IMG/VR virus record: IMGVR_UViG_3300016644_000029
Coordinates: 1 to 28,322 of that record
Length of the DNA stretch: 28,322 bases
Source: a virus
Lineage: Duplodnaviria; Caudoviricetes
Reading direction: 5' to 3' (one strand)
Below, piece after piece: positions 7,892 to 15,931 of the stretch. Position numbers and translations under genes: made by a program. Numbering within the stretch: the stretch's first letter is position 1; each line of letters begins with the position of its first letter. The notes below the pieces were generated by a model. The model saw only the letters and a program-made list of their open reading frames with translations, was not told the origin of the DNA and made no database searches.

Positions 7892-7944
7892 TGCAAATAG
7901 TTGCACGCAACAGATAAAAGTCTAGTTAGTTGCCACAATTTGCA
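7892..7944 (+). promoter_or_regulatory. Putative structured cis-element (copy 2) in the tail tube leader
   Basis: TGCAAAT (7892-7898)/ATTTGCA (7938-7944), GCAAC (7907-7911)/GTTGC (7929-7933), apical AGA-TAAAAG-TCT. Fills most of the intergenic gap and is followed by the SD AAAAAGGA. Confidence 0.6.
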
Positions 7945-7963
7945 TAAATAAAAAGGATGAATT

Positions 7964-9415
7964 ATGGCATTAAATTTAGTTCGCAATAGTAAGGTATTCT
8001 TTACTACAAACGTCGATGCTACAACCGGCAAGGTAAACGCCACAGGCTTTACTAATGCCAATACCTATGAATTACAAGTTCTAGAGGGCTTTAGTTTTAG
8101 TCAGAATACAAACAATGACACAGTTACTATTATGGAAGCAGGTGTTGCACCAGTTCGTGGTCAGCGCAGTTTCAATACTAGCTTAGCTCCTGTTGATTTC
8201 GCATTCTCTACTTACCTACGTCCAAAGAACGTTACAACTGCTATCAGTGCAGAAGAAAGTGTACTGTGGAACGCAATGTTTAGCACAGTTGCTACTGATA
8301 CAGCCGCAGTTACTGTTGGCGGTACAATCAGCGGTGTTACCTATGCATTTAGTAACGGCGTTGGTACTATTACTATTAGTGGTACTACTTTAACAGCAGT
8401 TGGTGTTGCTGTTGGTGACATTGTTGTTATTGGGGGCTTAACAGCTACTCCAACAAGCAGTGATCCTTACATGAATGCAGCTGCAACAGTTGCTACAATC
8501 AGCGGTACTAGCATTACCCTACAATTAGTAAACCCAATTACTACCGCAACTACTCTGTCTCAGGCTAGCTTAAAGTTCTACAAGAGCGCATGGGCTCCAG
8601 TTAAGTCCACTTATAGCTACGCAAGCAGCGCCGCAAGTGATAAACACCAGCTATTAAAGTTTGGTATGATTTTCTTAGTTGACCAAGTTGCTTACGCAGT
8701 TGATAACGCTGCTATGGCCCAGGTAACTATTGATTTCGGCTTAGACGCTATTGCAACAGCTGCATGGACAGGTCAAGCTACTAACCTACGTCAAGTAAGT
8801 ACAAACCTAACTGCTACTAATGGTGCTTTTGGTGGTTCCGGCCTAACCGGCAACTACTTAGCAAAAGTAACAGATGCTCAGTATATTACTAACAAGCTAA
8901 GTACAGTCGCACTAACCCTAGTAAATAGTTTAAAAGACTCTACTGGTGCTACGCAAGGTGCTGCTGGTGATACATATACTGTACCAATTACTGGTGGTTC
9001 TATTACTATCAACAACAACATCACTTATCTAACACCTGCTAACCTAGGCGTTGTTAACCTACCAGTTGCGTACTACACAGGTACTCGCGCTATTAGTGGT
9101 ACACTAAACGCTTACTTACGTACTGGTGGTACGCGTGATACTGGTGAGCTTCTAGCAGATATGTTAGCTGCCGCAAGCGCAACCATTGAACCAATGGCCG
9201 CTCTAGCTATCAGTATCGGTGGTGGTGCTAATACAGTTAAGGTTGTCCTAGACATGCCAGCAACTGTGCTACAAATTCCTAGCGTTGATGTTCAACAGGT
9301 TGTTTCTACAGCTATTAACTTCACTGCTGAAGGTTATGTACCAAGCAGCACAGCTGATGCAAATGCATACGACCTAACAAAGACAAACGATATCGCAGTT
9401 CGTTACTACGCTTAA
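7964..9415 (+). CDS. Major tail tube protein (T5 pb6-like)
   Basis: LNLVRNSKVF, ELQVLEGFSFSQ, RGQRSFNTSLAPVDFAFSTYLRP, NNITYLTPANLG...TGTRAISGTLNAYL; strong codon bias; synteny. Confidence 0.92.
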   Translation: MALNLVRNSKVFFTTNVDATTGKVNATGFTNANTYELQVLEGFSFSQNTNNDTVTIMEAGVAPVRGQRSFNTSLAPVDFAFSTYLRPKNVTTAISAEESVLWNAMFSTVATDTAAVTVGGTISGVTYAFSNGVGTITISGTTLTAVGVAVGDIVVIGGLTATPTSSDPYMNAAATVATISGTSITLQLVNPITTATTLSQASLKFYKSAWAPVKSTYSYASSAASDKHQLLKFGMIFLVDQVAYAVDNAAMAQVTIDFGLDAIATAAWTGQATNLRQVSTNLTATNGAFGGSGLTGNYLAKVTDAQYITNKLSTVALTLVNSLKDSTGATQGAAGDTYTVPITGGSITINNNITYLTPANLGVVNLPVAYYTGTRAISGTLNAYLRTGGTRDTGELLADMLAAASATIEPMAALAISIGGGANTVKVVLDMPATVLQIPSVDVQQVVSTAINFTAEGYVPSSTADANAYDLTKTNDIAVRYYA

Positions 9416-9435
9416 TTTGGTGTAGTCTTTACACA

Positions 9436-9466
9436 AGGGAAGGGTTGATCTCCTTCCCTACTTTTT
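9436..9466 (+). terminator. Probable intrinsic terminator after the tail tube gene
   Basis: AGGGAAGG (9436-9443)/CCTTCCCT (9452-9459) stem followed by ACTTTTT. Confidence 0.65.
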
Positions 9467-9493
9467 ACTATAATTATAGGTATAATTTCCAAA

Positions 9494-9910
9494 ATGGCAA
9501 TTTCATTAAAAACACTCCTAGTACCTTCCAAAGAAGTTGAAGTAGAATATCCAGGCATGCCTGGTTTTAAAGTTAACGTTAGTTTTCTTTCCCGCGAAAC
9601 GCTAGTTAACATTCGCAAAAAAGCGACAAAAACAACTTTCAAGAATCGTCAGCCTCAAGAAGAGCTTAACGATGAATTATTTTTACAGCTATATGTACAA
9701 AGTGCTGTAAAAGGTTGGAAAGGATTAAAACTAAGTTATCTAGAACAGCTAGCTCCAGTTGATTTAAGTGGTCAAGATATGAACGATGAACTTGAATACA
9801 GTGAGGAAAATGCTTTATTCTTAATGAAGAGTTCTGCTAATTTTGATGCTTTTATTAGCGAAACGGTAACAGACCTGGGAAACTTTCAGGCGAGCAGCGA
9901 GAAGAAATAA
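9494..9910 (+). CDS. Tail assembly chaperone (gpG equivalent)
   Basis: 138 aa between tail tube and tape measure; VEYPGMPGF, AVKGWKGL; slippery heptamer near its 3' end. Confidence 0.85.
   Translation: MAISLKTLLVPSKEVEVEYPGMPGFKVNVSFLSRETLVNIRKKATKTTFKNRQPQEELNDELFLQLYVQSAVKGWKGLKLSYLEQLAPVDLSGQDMNDELEYSEENALFLMKSSANFDAFISETVTDLGNFQASSEKK
9877..9883 (+). promoter_or_regulatory. Programmed -1 ribosomal frameshift site G GGA AAC
   Basis: X XXY YYZ heptamer correctly phased in the 9494 frame. The -1 frame is open from here through ATG 9916 to the stop at 10263. Confidence 0.85.
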
Positions 9911-9915
9911 GTAAA

Positions 9916-10263
9916 ATGCTATACTCTTACTTCCAGAACGCGTCTCTGGGAGTAACAAAAGAAACTTATTTTGAAATTTGCGAACAGTTAGGTACAGAGC
10001 CTTTGGAATCTGAAATACCTCTTGAGTTTGATGATTTTCCTGATGAGTTACAACAGGCATTAAGTATTTATTATAGACTGCGAGATGAATGGGATGGGTT
10101 TAATGGGGTTTACTTAGGTAAGAACTTCACCGGACTCGGAGATATACTAGACATTTATCAAGTAAGTAAAAATGAGCGACAAGAAGTATTAGACTGGATA
10201 TTCGTAATTGATAGAGTACGGTCTAAGTATGTTGCTGAATCAAAGCCAAAAGAAACCAAGTAA
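9916..10263 (+). CDS. Tail assembly chaperone, second frame (gpT part; probably made as a ~256-aa G-T fusion)
   Basis: In the -1 frame relative to the 9494 ORF, with no clear SD before 9916; YFEICEQLG, LRDEWDGFNGVYLGK. Confidence 0.82.
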   Translation: MLYSYFQNASLGVTKETYFEICEQLGTEPLESEIPLEFDDFPDELQQALSIYYRLRDEWDGFNGVYLGKNFTGLGDILDIYQVSKNERQEVLDWIFVIDRVRSKYVAESKPKETK

Positions 10264-10300
10264 ATAACCCCGTAAGAGAAGTCTTACGGGGTTATTTTTT
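10262..10300 (+). terminator. Intrinsic terminator
   Basis: AAATAACCCCGTAAGA-GAAG-TCTTACGGGGTTATTT, a perfect 16-bp inverted repeat ending in a T run. Confidence 0.92.
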
Positions 10301-10318
10301 GCTTAAAAAAATTATGGT

Positions 10319-10347
10319 TTGACAATCAAGTGCTACCATGATATAAT
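10319..10347 (+). promoter_or_regulatory. Consensus sigma70 promoter for the tape measure/tail tip operon
   Basis: TTGACA-17 nt-TATAAT with extended -10 TG and an upstream A tract. Confidence 0.92.
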
Positions 10348-10418
10348 AGGGTGATCAATAAAAACACACTCTGTGTTTAAAGGGAATCGTGCCCTTTAAA
10401 TTGCTAATAGGAGAGACT

Positions 10419-13400
10419 ATGGCAGATAACATAAAAATAGGTATTGACGTTAACTCTAACGGCACTACTGATCGCGAAATACAGAAAAGCGAAAAACTAA
10501 GAAAGTCATTAGAAGGTGCAGCTAATGCTGCAAGTAACGTAGGTGGAACAGTAGGCTCTCGTGCAGCAGCAGCAAAATACAGCCCTACAGCTATGTCCGA
10601 AGCTGAATATACTACAACTCGTGGTATAGCTGGTACAGGTGCAGGTGCTCGTGACTTCGCTAATCAAGCACAAGGTTTAGGCGGTTTAGTTAGATTATAT
10701 GCAACATATGCGGCTAATTTATTCGCTGTAACAGCAGCATTCCAGGCATTGTCTAATGCCATGGAAACCACAAATATGGTAAAAGGCCTAGATCAGCTCG
10801 GTGCTGCTAGCGGTACTGCGCTTGGTAGCTTATCCAAGGATTTTGTAAAAGCCACTGATGGTGCTATTAGTTTCCGTGAAGCCATGGAAGCAACTGCAAA
10901 AGCCACAAGTAGCGGTATGTCAAGCAAACAGCTACTTGATATTGGCGATGTAGCTAAAAAGGCTTCTCAGGCTCTTGGCATTAACATGAGTGATGCTGTT
11001 AGCCGTCTAACTCGCGGTATTACTAAACTAGAACCTGAATTACTAGATGAATTGGGTATCTTTACCAAAGTAGGTAAAGCAACCGAAGATTATGCACGAA
11101 AAGTTGGTAAAGCAGAATCTAGCTTAACAGATTTCGAACGTCGTCAGGCATTTGCTAATGCTGTAATTGAAGAAGGCAAAAAGAAGTTTGCAGAGATAGA
11201 TATTCCGGCAAATCCTTATGCAAAATTCTTAGCTGCCCTAAAAGACGTAGGGCAAACAATTCTAGAAGTTATAAATAAAGGTGTAGTGCCACTAATTAAC
11301 TTCCTAAGCAGCAATCCAACAGCATTATTAGCGGCTATTGGTGCAATAGCTACAATGATTGTTAAACAAGCATTACCTGCTATTGGACAGTATCGCGCAG
11401 AACTACGAAAATCCGCTGATGAAGAATTAAGACTAGCTGAAGCCAAAAGTAAGGCAGCAGCTAAAGCTTTAGCAATATCTCGTGATTCTAAAGCAAAAGA
11501 GATACAGGCAGAAAAAGACAGAATAGCAGAGCTAAGAACCGCGCAGGTAGACACTGCTCAGGCTAGATTAGAAGCTGTCTCGAAAAAAGGTCTAAGTAAA
11601 GGTGTGCAGGCAATCTTAAAGAAGCCTGACATTCAGTCTATTAGTGATAAAGACTTAGACTTATTAGATAAACTAGGTAACAAACAAACAAAAGTAAGTG
11701 CTGCATACAGAGAATTAGCTGGAGCAATTAGATCCGCACAACAAGCAAACTTAGATTTTGCCAATAGTGAAAAGGCTCTAGAGGCTAGAAAGACAGCTGC
11801 TCCAGGCATGTTCAGTGCTGCTGGTGTGGCGGCATACAGAGCAGAACAAGCCCGTAGAGCTGCTAGTAGCAAAAATATTTTAAGTAATGTTGGAGATGTA
11901 GCTTCCGAAGCAGGAACTATAGCTGCTTTCAAAAGTCTGGGTAGCCAACTATCGGCTGAAAAACTAGGTGCTGTACGTACTGCCTTCACAGGAATTGCAG
12001 GGGCTGTTAGTATATTAGGTACAGCAATAGGTAACGTACTAACAGTAGTGTCTAGATTTATGGGCTGGATTGGTTTAGCCATTGGTGCTTATCAATTATT
12101 AACTTCAGCCTTTAGTAAGAACGGTGCTGAAGTATCGGCTTATGAAGATTCTTTACAATCTCTTGAATCTTCTACAAAAACAGCAACAGATACCGCTAAA
12201 AAATATGGGGATACACTATCTGTAGACAGTATTATTGCAAAGAACAATGCTCTTGGTAATATTGCCGATACAATGACAAAAGTAGCTGACAGTTTCGTAG
12301 CAGCAAAAGATAAATCTAGTTGGTTTGATAGTTTTACAAATAGTGTTTCGGGGTGGTTCGGAAAAAGCATGGAAGATAAGCTAATAGACCAAATGTCTAG
12401 TAGCATAAAGGCAGCTTTAGATAGTATTAGTGATCCTAATCTCAAGAAACAGGCAGAAGACCAATTCCTAGCATTAACCGGAGCTAAATCTCTAGACCAG
12501 CTACGTAGCAAGCTAGAGTCTATGAACTCTAAAGAGATTGAAGAGTTTAGTAAAAAACTGCCAAAAGCTTTACAAGATATAAAAACGCAAGCTGATAAAG
12601 TAGCTCAACCATTAAAATCTTTTAAAGATAGTATGCAAGCAGTAGATAAGGCTTATATGGACTTATCTAACTCACTAATTGAAAAGAGTCCTGCAACAGA
12701 GTTTGCTATTAAATTGAGCGACAGTGCTCGTTTAATTAAGCAAGCGATGCAAGACCCTATTTCAGCAGTAGCTACACTTAATTCCATACTTCAAGATACT
12801 ACTCAAATAAAAATGTTCCCTCCAGAAGCTCAACAAAGCTTACTGGCAGCGGCACAGAATATGCAAAAGTTACAAGATCAGGCAACCAAAGCTAAAGATC
12901 AAATGGCTCAAGCAAGTATTAGATTAGGTACTTTAGAAGGCTTAAGAGATGCAGGTGTATCAGAGCCAGAGATCTTAAAAATTAAACTGGATGCTGAAGG
13001 TTTATTAAAATCTGCAACTGATACGTATGTAGCTGCTACCACAAAAATGCAGGAGCTTACCAGTAACGTAGACCGTGCACTAACAAAAACAGTTGCCGAT
13101 TCTATAAAGCAAATTGAAGCCCCATTTACACGCGCACTTGCCCAAGCAAATATAGATACAGCAAAAACATTGCTAGGTTTACTACCAAAGTCTGCAGAAG
13201 GTGTAAAGCTACAAACACAACTAGAACTAGAAAGCATCGGATTACGTAAACAAGAGCTATCTCAAACACGTTTACTTATCCAAGCAATTAACCTAGAACG
13301 TATAAGTCGTGAAAGACAGGCTCTGGAAACTAAATTGAAAGATGAAAACATCGACGTAAATGACCGTAAGATGTATAATCAACAATTAAAAGATCTGGAA

Positions 13401-15011
13401 CAAGAAAAACTTGCATACACTAATCCAAAAGAGCTAAAGGGTGCTGAAAGTTTAAGTACTGGTGCACAAACCGCTTTACGTCAAAATGCTGGCTATCTTG
13501 CACAGATGGCTGCTCTTGCTGGACAAGAACAGAGTGCAAAGATTAAAGGTGCTGTTGAAGGTGCTGGTGCAGAGTTTGATACACAATTAAAACAGCGTCA
13601 AGATGCTTTAAAATATTACGAAGCAGAATTGGCAGCTAAGCAAAAGAGCGTAGAGTATACTAACTTAACTGTAGAAGAACAAAGTGCACTTACTCAAGAG
13701 TACTACGATGCTATAAATACTTTAAAGGCAAACGTAGACTTAGCCGCTGAGCAAAGAGCCGTTGTAACTGCAACAGCAGCTATACAAGCATCCCAAGAGT
13801 TCGGAGCAAAACGAGCATTGCCAGTAGCAGAAAAAGCTTTAGAAACTGCTAAGCAAGAGCTTGGTATTGCACAACAAACTTTTGAAACCAATAGAGATGC
13901 TGGTGACGAGGCTCGCCGTAAAGCTCTACTGGAAGCAACAATTGCACGAGATGTAAAAAAGCAGAATACTGAGTACGAACATCAAGCTGAATTACGCAAA
14001 ATCCAAGAAGAAACCACTGGTAAATTAGAGGATGTGCGTAAGCAGGAACTACAGTATTTAGTAGATAGTGGACAAATATCGCAAGACAAATATCGTGAAG
14101 AGACTTTAGCCTTAGATAAATCTAGACTACTTCGTGAGAAAAATAATCAACTACTACAACTAGAAGCAACCTATCTAATAGATGTAACAAAGCTACTAGA
14201 AGACTATGCAAAAGCAGCTACCGCGGACGATAGACAAAATGCTGCTGATAAGATTAAAAATAGGTCTGTTCAGTATGAAACTCAAGTAGCAGGTATAGAT
14301 CAGGTATACGATGCTAATAACAAAATACTTGATCAGACTAAAGGCTTAAGTGATAGACAAACAGCCTATGCAGACATTGTTAAAAACTCATTTAGCTCAA
14401 TGGCTGATGCTATGGTTGAGTGGGCAAAAACCGGTAAACTAAGTGGTAAAGACCTATTCAATAGCTTAATTGCCGATCTAGCGCGCTATGAGCTTAAACT
14501 ACAAATGATGCAAATGTACGGAGCTTTCCGTAAGGCTATATTTGGCGGCGGAAGTATGCAGGGCCTAGGATCTGTAAACCCACTGTCTGGAGAATACATG
14601 GGTTCTCTAGAATTTGCTACTGGTGGGATATTTGATGCCGGCCTACAAACTTTTGCACAAGGCGGCGCGTTTACAAATTCCATCGTAACCAGCCCAACTC
14701 TGTTCAAGTTTGCACAAGGTACTGGCTTAATGGGTGAAGCAGGTCCAGAAGCTATTATGCCCCTAAAGCGCGACAGTAATGGTAACCTAGGTGTTCGTGC
14801 AGGAGGTGGAGGCGGCAATGTCGACGTTGTGGTTAACAACTACAGCAGCGCAGAAGCAACCACCAAAGAAACCAAAGACTCTCGCGGCAACCGCCGTATT
14901 GAAGTGGTCATCGGCGAAGCTGCAAGCGGTGAAATGGCTCGCCCAGGTTCTAGTACTCAGGGTGCTATGCGTAGTACATACGGTTTACAGCCTCAATTAA
15001 TTAGGAGATAA
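10419..15011 (+). CDS. Tape measure protein (about 1530 aa)
   Basis: ATG 10419 follows AGGAGA. Long Ala-rich helical protein; N-terminal GLVRLYATYAANLFAV...KLEPELLDELGI resembles T5 pb2; hydrophobic central segments; C-terminal TGKLSGKDLFNSLIADLAR and GEAGPEAIMPL motifs are typical of lambda-like TMPs. Confidence 0.95.
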   Translation: MADNIKIGIDVNSNGTTDREIQKSEKLRKSLEGAANAASNVGGTVGSRAAAAKYSPTAMSEAEYTTTRGIAGTGAGARDFANQAQGLGGLVRLYATYAANLFAVTAAFQALSNAMETTNMVKGLDQLGAASGTALGSLSKDFVKATDGAISFREAMEATAKATSSGMSSKQLLDIGDVAKKASQALGINMSDAVSRLTRGITKLEPELLDELGIFTKVGKATEDYARKVGKAESSLTDFERRQAFANAVIEEGKKKFAEIDIPANPYAKFLAALKDVGQTILEVINKGVVPLINFLSSNPTALLAAIGAIATMIVKQALPAIGQYRAELRKSADEELRLAEAKSKAAAKALAISRDSKAKEIQAEKDRIAELRTAQVDTAQARLEAVSKKGLSKGVQAILKKPDIQSISDKDLDLLDKLGNKQTKVSAAYRELAGAIRSAQQANLDFANSEKALEARKTAAPGMFSAAGVAAYRAEQARRAASSKNILSNVGDVASEAGTIAAFKSLGSQLSAEKLGAVRTAFTGIAGAVSILGTAIGNVLTVVSRFMGWIGLAIGAYQLLTSAFSKNGAEVSAYEDSLQSLESSTKTATDTAKKYGDTLSVDSIIAKNNALGNIADTMTKVADSFVAAKDKSSWFDSFTNSVSGWFGKSMEDKLIDQMSSSIKAALDSISDPNLKKQAEDQFLALTGAKSLDQLRSKLESMNSKEIEEFSKKLPKALQDIKTQADKVAQPLKSFKDSMQAVDKAYMDLSNSLIEKSPATEFAIKLSDSARLIKQAMQDPISAVATLNSILQDTTQIKMFPPEAQQSLLAAAQNMQKLQDQATKAKDQMAQASIRLGTLEGLRDAGVSEPEILKIKLDAEGLLKSATDTYVAATTKMQELTSNVDRALTKTVADSIKQIEAPFTRALAQANIDTAKTLLGLLPKSAEGVKLQTQLELESIGLRKQELSQTRLLIQAINLERISRERQALETKLKDENIDVNDRKMYNQQLKDLEQEKLAYTNPKELKGAESLSTGAQTALRQNAGYLAQMAALAGQEQSAKIKGAVEGAGAEFDTQLKQRQDALKYYEAELAAKQKSVEYTNLTVEEQSALTQEYYDAINTLKANVDLAAEQRAVVTATAAIQASQEFGAKRALPVAEKALETAKQELGIAQQTFETNRDAGDEARRKALLEATIARDVKKQNTEYEHQAELRKIQEETTGKLEDVRKQELQYLVDSGQISQDKYREETLALDKSRLLREKNNQLLQLEATYLIDVTKLLEDYAKAATADDRQNAADKIKNRSVQYETQVAGIDQVYDANNKILDQTKGLSDRQTAYADIVKNSFSSMADAMVEWAKTGKLSGKDLFNSLIADLARYELKLQMMQMYGAFRKAIFGGGSMQGLGSVNPLSGEYMGSLEFATGGIFDAGLQTFAQGGAFTNSIVTSPTLFKFAQGTGLMGEAGPEAIMPLKRDSNGNLGVRAGGGGGNVDVVVNNYSSAEATTKETKDSRGNRRIEVVIGEAASGEMARPGSSTQGAMRSTYGLQPQLIRR

Positions 15012-15014
15012 TAT

Positions 15015-15380
15015 ATGGCAGCTGCTTATACGTGGCCGCTAGGATTACCTCAAGTTCCTCAAAAGGGCTTCACCGAAACGGGTGGGGCCCTTATTATGCG
15101 AACTTCGATGGATGCCGGCGTTGCAAAACAACGCCGCAGAGGTTACAGTCCCAGCCAATTAAACTTAAGTTTTATTTTAACAAGTGCACAAGTAACTACA
15201 CTAGAAAATTTTGTGGATAATACTATTCGCGGTGTTGCACGTTTTTACTTTCCACATCCCAGAACTGCTCAGCAAGAAGAAGTTCGTATAATTCCTCAAG
15301 GTGAAGGTACCTTATATAACTTAGCGTACCTTGCTCCCGGATACTGGACCCTAACAATTCAATTTGAAGTATTACCATGA
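15015..15380 (+). CDS. Distal tail protein (Dit / gpM-like)
   Basis: 121 aa right after the TMP; WPLGLPQ...IMRTSMDAGVAKQRRR...FYFPHPRT pattern of small siphophage Dit proteins. Confidence 0.78.
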   Translation: MAAAYTWPLGLPQVPQKGFTETGGALIMRTSMDAGVAKQRRRGYSPSQLNLSFILTSAQVTTLENFVDNTIRGVARFYFPHPRTAQQEEVRIIPQGEGTLYNLAYLAPGYWTLTIQFEVLP

Positions 15381-15931
15381 GTAGATTATCCTCAATGTCC
15401 CCAGCAGCCTTAAAGGCAGTGTTTTCACCAGAATCTGATGAAAACCTAATAATGCTTATTACAATATATAATCCTGAGAACGAAAGTCAAGTATTGTATA
15501 GACTGGCTGATGGATTTGTTGACGATCCAGCAAATCCTGGCAAGGCTTTGAGGCTATCAACTACAACGGATACTCAGGTAGTTTATGGTGTCGTTAGTGG
15601 CGGCCATGAATATACATTTTTACCTATTGAAGTTACCTTACCAAACGAAGACGAGTCTCAAGCGCCTCGTTGTAGTTTAACAATGCATGATGTAACTCAA
15701 TATTTGGTACCATTTATACGCACACAGCTAACTGGACCTGCTAAAGTAGACCTAAACCTGGTCTTATCTTCGACCCCGAACGTAATTGAGGCAGCCTTTA
15801 GCGGATTTTTAATAACAAACGTTAGCTACAACGCAAGCACAGTAACTGCCGAATTAACCATGGTAAACTATGACCGAGAACCATTTCCTCAACATAGTTT
15901 TAGTCCACTATACTTTCCAGGATTATTTTAA
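15377..15931 (+). CDS. Tail tip hub protein (DUF1833-like, gpL position)
   Basis: YTFLPIEVTLP...APRCSLT...VLSSTPNVIEA...REPFPQHSFSPLYFPGLF; lies between Dit and the NlpC/P60 domain. Confidence 0.72.
   Translation: MSRLSSMSPAALKAVFSPESDENLIMLITIYNPENESQVLYRLADGFVDDPANPGKALRLSTTTDTQVVYGVVSGGHEYTFLPIEVTLPNEDESQAPRCSLTMHDVTQYLVPFIRTQLTGPAKVDLNLVLSSTPNVIEAAFSGFLITNVSYNASTVTAELTMVNYDREPFPQHSFSPLYFPGLF

Noticed and set aside
10389-10418. GTG start for the tape measure gene
   Set aside because: It lies in a hairpin loop; ATG 10419 has a better SD (AGGAGA).
12308-14125. AGATAAATCTAG-like sequences in the TMP gene (near 12308 and 14114) and AGCTAAAAAGGCT near 1627 as extra copies of the capsid/tail tube motif
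   Set aside because: Loop lengths differ, there is no enclosing stem or downstream SD/ATG at the matching distance, and they are explained by coding sequence.
11216-14839. Several minus-strand ORFs within the tape measure gene (similar ones at 3704, 16620, 25033, 27052, 28132)
   Set aside because: Antisense shadows of Ala/Thr/Gly-rich biased coding sequence, with no SD, promoter or recognisable motifs.
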